Source of the DNA: the human T2T-CHM13v2.0 reference genome, Homo sapiens
Length of the DNA: 64,000 bases
Strand: one strand, 5' to 3'
Assembly: GCF_009914755.1 (NCBI RefSeq)
Contig: NC_060928.1
Shown here piece by piece: positions 40,765 to 53,384 of this stretch. The notes under the pieces are model-generated. The model saw only the letters and a program-made list of their open reading frames with translations, searched no databases and was not told the origin of the DNA. Both the position numbers and the translations under genes were made by a program. Position 1 is the first letter of the stretch; every line of letters starts with the position of its first letter.

Positions 40765-43385
40765 ATACTTAGATAAAAAAATTGTAAAAAGGGACAAAGA
40801 AGGTCTTTATATAGTGATAAAAGGAGCAATTAACAACAGGATATAACACCTGTAAATATATAGGCGCCTAACACAAGAGCATTCAGATATATAAAGCAAA
40901 TATTTTCAGATATAAAGGGAAAGATGAACTCCAATACAATAATAGTTGGAAACTTCAACATCTTAGTCACAGCATTGGACCTATCATCTAGACAGAAAAT
41001 TAACAAAGAAACATTATGTTGAAACTCTACTATAGACCAAATGGACCCAACATACATTTACAGAACGGTTTATCCAACAGCTGCAGAATACACATTCTTC
41101 TCATCAGCACATGGAATATTCTCTGGGATAGACCATATGTTAGACCATAAAACAAATCTCAAGTTTAAAAAAATTGAAATCATATCAAGCATATTTTCTG
41201 ACCACAATTAAGTAATACTAGAAATCAATAAGAAGAAATTTCAAAAATGTACAAGCACTTTGAAATTAAATAACATGTTCCATCCAATGGATCAATGAAG
41301 AAATTTTAAAAAGCATTAAAATTGCTTGAAACAAATAAAAATAGAAATACAACATACCAAAACCTACTGGATACAGCAAAAACAGGACCATGAGGAAAAT
41401 TTATAGCAATAAATTTATACATCAAAAAAGTAGAGTTTAACCTACTGAGGCACCTCAAGGACCTAGAAAAGCCAGAACAAACCAAACCCCAAATTAGTAA
41501 AAGAGAAGAAAGAATAAGGATCAGAGAATAAATAAATAAAATTGAGAATGAAAAAGCAATACAAAATATCAACAAAACAAAAGTTGTGTTTTTGAAAGGA
41601 TAAACAAAATTGACACACCATTAATTAGATTAAGAAAAAGCTAAGATCAACTTAGACTAACTCAGAGAGAAGATACAAATAAATAAAATCAGAAACAAAA
41701 ACAAAGACTCTACAACTGATACCACTGAAGTCCAAAGAATCATTACAGACTATTATGAACAGGTATATGCCAACAAATTGAAAGGCCTAGAGGAAATGGA
41801 TAAATTCCTGGACACACACAACCTATCAAAATTGAACTGGGAAGAAACAGAATACCTGAGCAGATCAATAACAGGTAACATGATTGCATCAGTAATAAAT
41901 CTCCCAACGAAGAAGAGCTCAGGACTGGATTGGATTACTGCTGAGATTTATCAAACATTTAAAGAACTAGCATCAATTTTTCTCAAACTACTCAAAAAAA
42001 TTGAAGAGAGAATTATTCTAAACTCAATGTACACAGGCAGCATTGCCCTTATACCAAAACAAGAAAAGAACACCAAAAAACACTGATGAAATATGTTGAA
42101 GACACACAAAAATGGAAAGACATCCCATGTTCATAAAGTGGAAAAATTAATGTTGTTAAAATGGCCATACTAGCCAAAGCAATCTACACATTCAATGCAA
42201 TCCCCATCAAAATACCAATGACAATTTTCAAATAAATAGAAAATAAAACAATCCTAAAATATGAATGAAAACAAAAACACTACAAATAGCCAAAACAATC
42301 CTGAACAAGAAGAACAATTCTGGAGGTATCATACTACCTGACTTAAAAACATACTGAAAAGCAGTAGTGACCAAAACAGGATTGTACTGGTATAAAAACA
42401 AATACATAGACTAATGAAGAGGAATAGGAAAGCTAGAAATACATACATATATATAGCCAACTGACTTTTGACAAAATCGCCGAGAACATGCACTGAGAAA
42501 GGAAAGGAATAGACTCTTAAACGAATGGTGCTGGGAAACTAGATATCCATAAAGGGAAGAATAAACTAGATCCCTATCTCTCACCACATAGAAAAATCAA
42601 CTTAAAATGGATGCAAGACTTAAATGTAATATCTGAATCTGTGAAACTACTATAAGAAAGCATAGGGGAAATGCTTCAGGGCATTGGTCTGGGCAAATAT
42701 TTTTGGGATAAGACCTCAAACGGATAGACAATAAAAGCAAAAATGGACCAATGGGACCAAATCAAACTAAAATCCTTCTGCAAGACAAAGGAAACAACAG
42801 AGTGAAGAGACAACCTGAAGAATGAAAGAAACCACAAACTATTTGTCTGACAGGGAATTAAGTCCCTGAGTATTCAAGAACTCAAAGAACTCAATATTCA
42901 ATAACAAAAACAAAAAATAAGGAACCTCAAATAATTCAAAATGGGCAATTGATCAAAATAGATATTTTTCAAAAGAAGACATGTAAATGGCCAATAATTA
43001 TTTGAAAAAATGGTCACCATTATTGATCAGGGAAATGCAAATCACAACCACAGTGAAATATCATCTCACTGCAGTTAGAATGGCCACTATCCAAAAGACA
43101 AAAGATAAATGTTGATGGGGATGAGGAGAAAGAAAACTTTTATACCTTACTGGTAGAAATATAAATTAGTACAGCCATTATGGAAAACAGTATGGATGTT
43201 TTTCTAAAAACTAAAAAAGAACAACCATATGATCTAGCAATCCCACTATTGGGTATATGTCCAAGGAAGAGAAATTAGTATATTGAAGGAATATCTGCAC
43301 GCTCTTGTTTCTTACAGCACTATACGCAATAGCCAAGATATGAAATCAACCTGAGTTCATCAACAGATGAATGAATAAATAAGAT

Positions 43386-43419
<34 letters not shown>

Positions 43420-43878
43420 ATAAATAAATATTCAGTCATAAATAAAGATTGAAATCTTGTCATTTGCTGTGACTTGGATGAGCCTGGAGGAAATTAGGTT
43501 AAGTGAAATAAGTCAGGCACAGAAAGATAAATACTGAATGTTCTCCTTCATATGTGGAAGCTAAAAATTTTGATTTCATGAAAGTAGATGGTAGAATAGT
43601 GATTACAAGAGGCTGGAAGGGTAGAGGAAAGCAGAAATGGGGAGAGGGAGGTTGTTTAATGGATACAATATTACAGCTGTTTAGGGAACCAATAATTCAT
43701 TGTGTATTTTCAAATAGAAGATTTTGAAGGCTCCCAAAATAAACAAATGATAAATATTTGAAGAGGTGGATGTGCTAATTACCCTGATTGAATCATCATA
43801 CTTTGTATATATGTATCCAAATATCACACAGTACTTCATAAATATGTACAATTATTTTGTCAATTAAAAATAAAAAAC
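40765..43878 (+). mobile_element. L1MA (MA4/5-like) ORF2 and 3'UTR with an internal deletion at about 42085
   Basis: Endonuclease-region ACAATAATAGTTGGAAACTTCAACA and GAATACACATTCTTCTCATCAGCACATGG; ORF 41778 LEEMDKFLDT...KSSGLDWITAEIYQTFKE; 3' end TACAATTATTTTGTCAATTAAAAATAAAA; (TA)n at 43389-43415. Confidence 0.92.
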
Positions 43879-43879
43879 A

Positions 43880-45870
43880 GTTATAGATAATAAACCAACA
43901 CAAGCAATATGGTGAAGATATAAAAAGCACAAAAATGATGAGAAAAGAAGAAAGAAAATGAATAGATGAGAAAAATATAAAACAAATGAAAAAAAGGTAG
44001 TTAAACCTCAGTACACCAGCAATTATATTAAATATTATAGTCTAAATGTACTAAACAAAAGGCAGAGATATTCAGATTGCATGAAAAAAACATGACTCAA
44101 ATATAATCTGCCTGTAAGAAATACAGTTTAAATATATAAACAACTGAAAAGCAGTAGTGACCAAAACAGGATTGTACTGGTATAAAAACAAATACATAGA
44201 CTAATGAAGTGGAATAGGAAACCTAGAAATATATCCATATATATAGCCAACTGATTTTTGACAAAATCGCCAAGAACATGCATTGGGAAAGGAATAGACT
44301 CTTTAAATATATAAACAACATTAGGTTGAAGTAAAATGTGGACAACTATACATAATAATAATGCTATTTGAAAGAATATGTACAGTGGCTATATTAGCAA
44401 GGAGCAACGTGAATTCAAAGCAAAAGTGTTACCAGGGATAAGGTCATTTAATAATGCTAAAAAATCAATCCCTTGATAAAACATCATAATCCTAAATGTT
44501 TATGAATCTATTTTCAGAGCTTCAAGATACATGAAGCAAAAACTGATGGAACTACAGAGAGAAATAGATTAATTCACAATTATAACCACTGATTTCAATT
44601 CCCTTTCTCCTATAATTCCTTTAATTGCTCTTTCAGTTAGGCAGAATGATAGAGAGACTACCAGTAAGGATATAGAAGACCTGAAAAAATAGCACTTGCA
44701 ATAGCACTTAAATATGAAATATGTGAGAGTAAATCTGAAAAAAGATGTGCAAGGCATGCACACTGAAAATTAGATTTCATGGAAGGAAACATTTAAAGGA
44801 CACATTAAATAAATTGAGACATATGCTGTATTTATTGTTCAGAAAACTCAAATTGCTAAAATGTTAATTATAGCAATTAATCTATAAATCAACACAATTC
44901 CAATTAAAATCCAAGAAATATATTTTGTAGAAATTTACATGCAGTTTCTAAAATTCATATGGGATGGGATGCAGAAAAACTAAACATTTTGTAAAAGAAA
45001 AATTGTGGACTCATATCTAAAATATAATGAATTCTGATAACTCAATAAGTAAACTCACCAGCCATAAGAAAATATAAAGTTTACAAATAAGCACATAAAA
45101 AATGCCCAATATCAAAAGCAATCAGAGAAATGCAATTAAAACCACAACGAAATATCACTGCATATCTATTAGAAAGGCTAACTATACCAAGAACTAGTGA
45201 AGACATGAAGGAACTGGAACTGTCGCACACTGGTTGAGAATGTAAAATAGTACAAACAAATTGTGAAACAGTTTGGTAGTTTCTTAAAAAGTTAAACATA
45301 TAACTACTTTATGATCTTACCATTTTACTCCTAAAAATGTGCCTAAAGTAAATGAAAGCATATGACCATACAAGACTTGTACATGAGTGCTCATGACAAC
45401 TTTATTTGCAATAGCTAGAAACTGGTAACAACTCAAATGTCCAACTGGGAATAAATTCACTAGTTTAGGTATATTGATAGAATAAAATACTACTCAGCAA
45501 TAAAATAATGGGTTACTGATATATGCAACAACATGAGTGAAACTCAAAATAATTATGCTGAGTAAAAGAAAATAGATTAAAAATAATATATACTATATTA
45601 TTGCATGCATATTAAAAACTAGAACATGAAAACTAATCTATAGTGACAGAAAGTATATATTGCTTGTCAGGGAACCTGGAACCAGACAGTGAGATGTACA
45701 GAAAGAAGGGGAAATAATTATAATGACATATGAAGAAACCACTGGGAGTGATGGATATAATTCCTATCTTGATTGTGGCTATGATTTCATGAATGTCGAT
45801 TTATATAGCACACAATTTATCAAATTGGACACTTTTAATATGAGCTGCTTATTACATGTCAATAATATAT
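43880..45870 (+). mobile_element. Ancient L1M (L1MD/ME1-like) ORF2 fragments and 3'UTR
   Basis: AAAAGGCAGAGAT..TCAGATTG...AGAGCTTCAA.ATACATGAAGCAAAAACTGA...AAAACTAATCTATAGTGACAGAAAG...TATCTTGATTGTGG. Confidence 0.85.
44143..44301 (+). repeat. ~160-bp copy of L1MA segment 42353-42520, flanked by an 18-bp direct repeat
   Basis: Begins ACTGAAAAGCAGTAGTGACCAAAACAGGATTGTACTGG as at 42353; flanks TTTAAATATATAAACAAC at 44127-44144 and 44302-44319. Confidence 0.96.
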
Positions 45871-45872
45871 AA

Positions 45873-45921
45873 GAAAGGAGGAGGAGAAGAAGAAAAAAGA
45901 GGAAGAAGATGAGGAGGAGGA
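45873..45921 (+). repeat. GA-rich (GGA/GAA)n low-complexity tract
   Basis: GAAAGGAGGAGGAGAAGAAGAAAAAAGAGGAAGAAGATGAGGAGGAGG. Confidence 0.8.
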
Positions 45922-46009
45922 AATTAAAAGAACAGTAGAAAGACTGATAAGTAGTTCTTGAGTCCTAGGAAAGATTTTTAATGCTGTCTTAAAATAAAGT
46001 GTCACTGTT

Positions 46010-46325
46010 GGCCAGGCACGGTGGCTCACGCCTGTAATCCCAGCACTTTGGAAGGCCGAGGCGGATGGATCATTTGAGGTCAGGAGTTCGAGAGCAGCCT
46101 GGCCAACACGGTGAAACCCCGTCTCTATTGAAAATACAAAAAAAAAAAAAAAAAAAAATTAGCCGGGCGTGGTGGCGGGTGCCCGTAATCTCAGCTACTC
46201 GGGGGCGCTGAAGCCGGAGAAGCGCTTGAACCCGGGAGGCGGAGGTTGCAGTGAGCCAAGACCGCACCACTGTACTCTAGCCTGGGCAACAGCAGGAGAC
46301 TCTGCCTCAAAAAAAAAAAAAAAAA
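46010..46325 (+). mobile_element. AluS (Sx-like), full length, with an expanded A21 middle tract
   Basis: GGCCAGGCACGGTGGCTCACGCCTGTAATCCCAGC...; TSD AAAGTGTCACTGTT (45996-46009) / AAAGTGTACCTGTT (46323-46336). Confidence 0.96.
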
Positions 46326-46992
46326 GTGTACCTGTTATAATAAATGGAAATTTTTGAAGTTAACCTTATCTGCTGTTTTCTTTAATTACATATATATTAC
46401 CTCCATTTTTGAGATTAGTTCTGTTTATTCTATTTTGATTGTTTCTAATTGGCCGAATATTTACCTCGTGTATAGGAAATCTTCTGACCCCTTCTTATCA
46501 TGTCCCAAACTGCATCTCAATTGTTTATATCCTGGAGATTTCGTTGCATTTTAATTCTTCTTCATTGAGCTGGGAAAAAAAAAAAAAAAACTGTACAAAA
46601 ATATGCTTATCCAGTGGTTTCAAGACACGTGGAAGTGATTAAAAAATAAAAGATTTCTAAGAGAGGTCATTGTGACCAGAGAATGATAGCATTCTGGATG
46701 ATTATTCAGCCTACACCATGTGGAATTAGCCATAAATTAGAAGAAAGCTTTTTTTTTTTTTTTCTCCTTGCTCCTTGACATTGGAATTATCTGACATTTG
46801 AGATTTCTCCATTTAATTGTCAAGAAAATTTTCAGCTGGAAAGTTTGTGTTTTAGCATTCGAACTGACTCTTTGAGACCCAGCTATATAAAACTGCTTCT
46901 TTCTGTCCAAACGGATTCTCTCTCTCCTGGAGAAGCATTTGAATTTCTTCTGTTGACTTTTTTTTTTCCTATGTGTGTACCAAGCAAATATA

Positions 46993-47301
46993 TTTTTTTT
47001 ATTTATTTTTATTTTTATATTTTGAGATGTAGTCTCTGTCGCGCAGGCTGGAGTGCAGTGGCGCAATCTAGGCCCACTGAAAACTCCGCCTCCCGGGTTC
47101 ATGCCATTCTCCTGCCTCCGCCTCCCAAGTAGCTGGGACTGCAGGCGCCCGCCACTATGCCCGGCTAATTTTTTAATATTTTCAGTAGAGAAGGGATTTC
47201 ACCGCGTTAGCCAGGATGGTCTCGATCTCCTGACGTCATGATCCACCCGCCTCGGAGTCGCAAAGTGCTGGAATTACAAGCGTGAGCCACCGCGCCCGGT
47301 C
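46993..47301 (-). mobile_element. AluY
   Basis: Y diagnostics GGGTTCA(C/T)GCCATTCTCC, GTTAGCCAGGATGGTCTCGATCTCCTGAC, GGCGCCCGCCAC. Confidence 0.94.
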
Positions 47302-47581
47302 AATTTTATTTTCAATGAGTGAGAAAATGCTATTAAAAATTCTTGTGAAGAATTGACTTGTATTTGACTCAGAAAGCTAGAATGTTAATGTACAAAAAAA
47401 AACACCAAGGATATTGTAATTAACATCCTTTTATTTCAAAATTGTATCAAAATAATTTTTACTATCACTAAATGGGGTGGATATTTGAGGAGTTTGAATA
47501 AGGTCTTAAATATGCAGTTCTTTAACAGGCAAAAGATCCTACAATTAAATTTTTATGTCTTTTGAAAGTCATCATTTTCAT

Positions 47582-47790
47582 TTTATTATTGTTAGGAACC
47601 ATTCAATGCCTATGATGTACAAGTCAACAAGCCCAAACTATTTATGAATCTAGTCTCATTTAATCCTTTCAAGAGTCTTGCTTGGAAACTTATTTTAAAG
47701 TTAGAATAGAGTGGGAGCTATGAGAACCTCTTGCCCAAGTTGTTTTATAGGCTCATAAATTATATACATAAGTAATTGTGGAATTAATAA
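47582..47790 (-). mobile_element. MIR
   Basis: GCCTATGATGT...TCTCATTTAATCCT...CTTATTTTA.AG...CTTGCCCAAG. Confidence 0.6.
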
Positions 47791-47917
47791 TATTCACAAA
47801 AAACATTTCAGCACTAATTTTTAAGATGTTATGTGTGAGGTGAATAATTCTGATACAATTTCCAAAGAAAATATGTGTAGATATTTAGGTATTGCTGTGC
47901 AATTATTTTATTGTTGA

Positions 47918-48300
47918 TATTCCAGTTATGTGACCTATGTAACTAACATATTACCTTACCACTTCATGGCACGAAACAACCAGTCAGTATGGTCATGAAT
48001 TCTGTGGATTAGAAAGAAATTTAAATGGGGCAAAACAGGGACAGGTTTTCCTTGTTGTCATCTGGAACCTCGGTTAGAAGGCACAAAAGCTGAGAGACTG
48101 AAATAATAAGAAAGCCCATTTATTCACATGTCTGGCAGGGGCTGCTAGCTGTCAACTGAGAACTCAGCTGGAGCTATCAGCCTGAACATCTACATTTGGC
48201 CTGGGAGAAAGAGGGAAAGAGAGAAAGAGATGCTAAACTATCTTTTATAACTTAGCCTCTAATTCATACAGCATGACTTCTGCAAGTTTTTCTTTATTCA
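47918..48300 (-). mobile_element. MLT1H-like MaLR LTR
   Basis: TCATGAATTCTGTGGATTAG...TTCACATGTCTGGCAG...CTCAGCTGGAGCT.TCAGCC...TAGCCTC...CAGCATGACTTCTGC. Confidence 0.75.
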
Positions 48301-48302
48301 CC

Positions 48303-48685
48303 TGTGTGGTAGAGCCTATTAGCTTCTCTCCAATTTCATGTCCTCCTATTTTTCCTGGCCCTCCCACCCTCCTACAGTAAGGTGTGAACACTGTGACTGA
48401 ATTATAGTTAGTGGAATGTAAGAATGTATGTGTCACATTTCAACACCTAGACCCTTAAAATGTAAAACCACTACTCTTTGCTCTGATCCACTTCCAGCTT
48501 ACCTGGAATGTATTAAATCTTCAGGGTGACTTTGAAGTCACATGTGGATGAAAGCTGCCTTGAACCCTCGGTCACTGATTGAGGAGGATGGCCCCATCCA
48601 GTATTGTTATGAGAAGAAGGGAACTTCTGCCACATCCACTGTACATTTTTGAACTCATTCATCATAGCAGTTAGTTTTTTCCCTA
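48303..48685 (+). mobile_element. MLT1I/J-like MaLR LTR
   Basis: TGTGTGGTAGAG...CCCACCCTCCT.CAGT.AGGTGTG..C..TGTGACTGA...GGAATGT...TGTGTCACATTTC...CATAGCAGTTAG. Confidence 0.7.
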
Positions 48686-48964
48686 CATTTTTGGCACAGT
48701 AACTGTCAAAGAGTTGGTACTAACTAAATATTTTACAGTGAATACCCATTTTACAGTAACAGTCAAAACTAAATAACAGTTAAAAATCTATGGACATTCT
48801 CATTATAGTTAAGAAGATGAGCAAAATGACATTTTTTGGTAGTAATGCTTATAATTGTTCCGAGTTCTAAGAAACACTATTAAATTAAAAAGATATGTTT
48901 TTATATAAAAATATTACATATTTTTCTTTCCTTTGCAAAGAAGAAAAGCCAAAATAACATTATA

Positions 48965-49335
48965 AGTGTATGATAAACTTACTTAGAAAACTCAGTGGAA
49001 TCAACAAATTAATAAAGCTAAAAATATAGTGAGATCGCTTTTAAAAATAAATATTTCAAAGTGATAGTTATTCTATAAATATTGAAAAACTAGCGAGAAA
49101 ATATGTTAAACATATTCCATTCACATTAAAAATAAAAAATTTAAATATTTAAGAATAAGCTGTAGCAAGAATAGATGAAAACCTATTTTAAACATAACTG
49201 AAAATTTTAAAAAACTTGAAAACACAGGAGATTGTAATAAAGTCAGTGATGCATTGTATGTGTCAGAAGTTATAAGTATAGTGCTTATTTTTTCTAAATT
49301 CATCTGTAATGTAAATGCAGTTGGTGTCAAAAATC
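48965..49335 (+). mobile_element. Very old L1M ORF2 fragment
   Basis: TACTTAGAAAACTCAGTGGAATCAACA...CTAAATTCATCTGTAATGTAAATGCAGTT..TGTCAAAAATC. Confidence 0.55.
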
Positions 49336-50809
49336 AGTCTATATTACAATCTTGAGTATTAGAGATTTAAAAGATAAAATAGAAGAACATATATTTATGC
49401 AGCACCTATGAGCTTTTAATTTAGTAAAAGAAAGAGTGCAAAGTATTTATTTTTATAATTTGTTGAATGAAATCAATGAAATTCTTATATAGGTATTTAA
49501 AACTAGTTTTTTTAATGCTACAATGAAACCACTTATAATCAAAGAAGCATCAGTTAGATACAAACATACACAAGTATACAAGTTTGGGATGTGATATGAA
49601 GAGGAACATGGAAAGAATGATGTGTATAGGGACTTATTGCTGAAAATGAAGCTGTTGTTATACTTTCTATAGTGATACTAGAAACATTCTCCATTGTATA
49701 CTCAAAAGCATTGAAAGTTCAGCTTTTTAATGATGTTCAGAAATCTGTGAGCCTGTTCTAACTTTGAGACTATAATGAAAACTGAAGGAACTGCAGTGTC
49801 AATTTATTTAATTAAATTGATATTAAATCCTACTTTATTTAGTATTCGTGTTAATGTATATACTATTTTTCAAAACCTTTTAATTCTGTATTCAGAAGCC
49901 TAAAATGTACATTGAAAGAACTGTTCACATATCCCAGGATGGCAAACTATAGTTCTGGCAGGTGAGAGAGCAAGAAGTCAAGGTCCTATTACAAGGTGAA
50001 ACAAGGGAAGAAAAGAAAAAAGAAATCTGCTAAATGAGTTGTAGTTTTATTCATGCTGAGAAGAAATACAAGGAAAACTGCTTTGATTCCTTGTAAGATA
50101 CGTTAATCACCCAATTAAATTTATTTCTTTAAGCATACTGTTAGCTAGACCAACATTTGTGTCGTTTTATCTTTCTGGTGATTACATGGTGAAGTGCAGA
50201 AAATATAAAGACTTTGATTCTGAAAGCAATGCAAAATAGCAATATAGAACAGTTCTGGGCTGCTTTTAGTGAAGGTTTATGGCAATGTACGTAGCCCCAT
50301 ATGTAATCTGAAGATTTTGGAAACAGAGTAGCTATAAATAATGTCTCTGGCAAAAGAAGAAATATCTCTTATATCACATGCGGAAACATAAAGGGTTCTT
50401 TCTAAGCTAACCAACAGATGTAGAAATCACACACGTAAACACTACTGAACCATTCAGTAAATTATATTGAACCATTCTAATTGCCATTTAATGACTGCTC
50501 TTAAAATTGAATTTGTCAAAGATAAGCAATACTGTGTGTGATACCTGGAGAGAAATTTTTTATTGCAGATCAGTTTCCTTTATTTGTTAGAATAAAAATA
50601 CTTCCATGACTGAGAAAAATATATCAAAAGATTTAGTTAAAAGGACTTCCAATAATCACACTTTTTCTTATTTCATCTATTTAATATTATTACTTTTTTA
50701 TCTGTATTATTTATGTATATACATACAGCATTGTTTTTCTTACATGAAATAAAAATAGGTTTAATTAAAAAAATATTAAAATGAATTTTAAAAATCTGGT
50801 TTTTAGACA

Positions 50810-50975
50810 TAGTTTGACTGCTTAGTATATCTTGAATTGGGCACCTAACTTGAAATCTCTGACCCTCAGTTTCCCAAATTACAAAATGAAAATAATACTG
50901 CCTACTTACCTTACAGTATTACTGGAGGTGTTTAATGGGATAACTGTTAGGAAATTGCTTTGTTGATTGTAACAA
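50810..50975 (+). mobile_element. MIR/MIR3
   Basis: TCTCTGACCCTCAGTTTCCC...AAAATGAAAATAATACTGCCTAC.TACCTTACAG...GGATAA...GAAATTGCTTTG. Confidence 0.75.
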
Positions 50976-51634
50976 AATTGCAAGTAAGTCACAATATCAT
51001 ATTTAATAGTGAGTTCTGTCCATGTGACCTTGTACCTGCAACATCTCCCGGGGATCCCCACACTGATTGTGCTTATCCTTCCTCTGGCCTCTGAAAAGTC
51101 ATGCCTAATATGGCCTACTATTGTTGTAAGATCTGTTTTTCTCTTTCATCAGCTTTGAGACATTTGGCTCCAAATGACAATTGCTTGCTCCACTGGTCTG
51201 CCAGAAGATACAGTTTCCCAGCGGTCAATGTCTATACAGCCCTGCTTGAAATTCTTCCACAGTGAATCTTTGGAATCTTCCCTGCCTCCAGTAATTCTAT
51301 TTGAGCCCAGCACACAGAAAGTAAGTGGGTATTGCTGGCACTGAACCTGCACACATGTCCTGCCTAGATGATTTGTGCTACAGCCTGCAGAGTTTCCTTA
51401 TGGTTGAACTGAAACCATTCTAGCTGATCTTGGCAAGTTAATATTGCCAACCTTGACTCATGGCATGTGCTAACTTATGAGCTTCTTAAGGGCTGGTTGT
51501 GCCTAATAAAGTACTGAGATCAATGTGGATATTTAATTAAAATTTTTGTTTTATTGATAATTTATATACCAAAATGACAAATACCAGATTTCAGAAGACT
51601 TTATCTTGAACTTGGACATAGTAAATGTAACTTT

Positions 51635-51842
51635 CTTTAATTGAGCACTTATGTCAGATTTTGTTAAGCACATTATATGTCAAAACTTATTTTATTCCCT
51701 TAGACTGTTCTTACGCAGGTTTTCCAATAAGGAAATTTAGGCACATGGAGTTTTAGAAATGTGGCCTGGAGGGCTAGCAAGGTATCCACCTTGGATTTGA
51801 ACCAAGAGGATCTGCCTCTGAAGCTGAGCTAGGAACCACTTC
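51635..51842 (-). mobile_element. MIR
   Basis: TTGAGCACTTATGTCAG...AAGGAAATTTAGGCACA.GGAG...GGATTTGAACC.AG...TCTGCCTCTGAAGC. Confidence 0.75.
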
Positions 51843-51910
51843 ATCATCATGCCTTCTGACTGTTTTGGTCTGCTTGCCAATGAAGAGGTGTTTATATGTT
51901 TGGATAAATA

Positions 51911-51977
51911 CAGTTGTCCCTTGGTTTTCATGGGGAATTTGTTCCAGAACCCCCATGGTCACCAAAATCCACGGATG
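51911..51977 (+). mobile_element. MER2 (TcMar-Tigger) terminal fragment
   Basis: TA|CAGTTGTCCCTTGGT..TCATGGGGAATT.GTTCCAGAACCCCC..GG..ACCAAAATCCACGGATG matches the MER2 end, preceded by the TA target. Confidence 0.8.
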
Positions 51978-53384
51978 GTAGCTTCATATTTATCCAGCAA
52001 TATGAAGCTACATTGTGATCATACTTACTGGTCGTGATTTTAAAGCACAATCCACCTGAATAGTTTTATGTGCAATCTTTCATTCAAGAAATAATATTTA
52101 GTATGAAAGCAAAGTTCTGATTAAATCAATATTAGTGACAATTAGAAATGAGCTTTAAGGTATGCCTAGTTTCAAGAATCTCAAAAACAATTTAGCACAC
52201 AAATTATTCCCTTTTGGGTAGTAAACGACTACTGTTTTGTTGAAAATTATTTAGGTTTTGCATTATCAATATTTTAGTCAGTGCCTTACATGATGTTAAG
52301 TTAAACTGTAGTATCCCAATTTCATTACTATCCTAAATAATCACCAAAGACATGAGTTATAGAAAAGACACAAGCATGGTACAGGAAGCATAATTGCTTA
52401 TATTATTCTTTTTTTTTTTTTTTTTTTTTTTAGCTTTAAATGTGTGTATTCCTGGTCTTTTTGGTGAAAGGCACAGAATATGGCAACTTCTTTTTTCAGA
52501 AAAAAGTAGGTGACAATAGCAAAAATTAGTTAAGTTTGTCTTGACTTTCTGAATTTTAAGCTAAATAAAAATAAAAATAAGTCTTCTCAACTCTACTGAT
52601 TTGTCAAATTGAGCAAGGCTATGCCACTTAAACAAGAAAGGTAAGAATTTAGAAGTTATTATTAAAACTTATAAATACTCAAGTTCTTTAGTATTATTGT
52701 TATTGTAAATAATTGGTTATGGTGGGTATATAGAACTGTACATGATTTATAAAGTTATAAGAAAAGTTAAACCTTGGAAATAAAATCAACATGAATCAGA
52801 TATACTCATATAAGATAAAACATGGTGCTTTAGAGAAAGACTAGTTCTATATGGGTAGGTCTGGAAATTTTACTTGAATGAGACATCCTTTGCGAAAAAA
52901 TGTGAAAGTACCTATGGATGTCCTTAGTAGCTATAGATTAGCCATCTTTTAGTGACCCCGTACAGATAAATGGAAACTTATATTTAAAAAATATACCGTA
53001 AAACATCTGAAGATAGATTAGAATGCAAAGGTTTTAAAAGCAGAAAACTATGTTTTTTAGTTCCAGTGCTCCTAGCCATGCCTGGTGGAATAACCAAATA
53101 GTTTTTCATGCCTTTATTATTTTCCCTTTTGTAAAATAAAAGCAAATAATGCCATCCTGACTTACATTGCCTGTGCTATACAGACATTACTTTGTACTAT
53201 GGTGTTGCTGGTAAGACACAAAGTTCAAGACATCCAAATGATAATCTATGGGCTATCACTGAAATTAAGATTATTATAATATATTGTTTAGAACAACACA
53301 AACATTTCTGCAGCTTTTAAATGAAAAATAAATAGAGCAAGGCCATCAGAGTCAAAAAGATTAATATAAAATCTGGGTATCTTC

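Noticed and set aside
51030-51520. GC-richer block ending near AATAAA as an LTR or exon
   Set aside because: I could not assign a family, termini, TSD or splice sites.
52407-52431. Long poly(T) as a processed pseudogene tail
   Set aside because: No adjacent poly(A) signal, TSD or recognisable retrocopy body.
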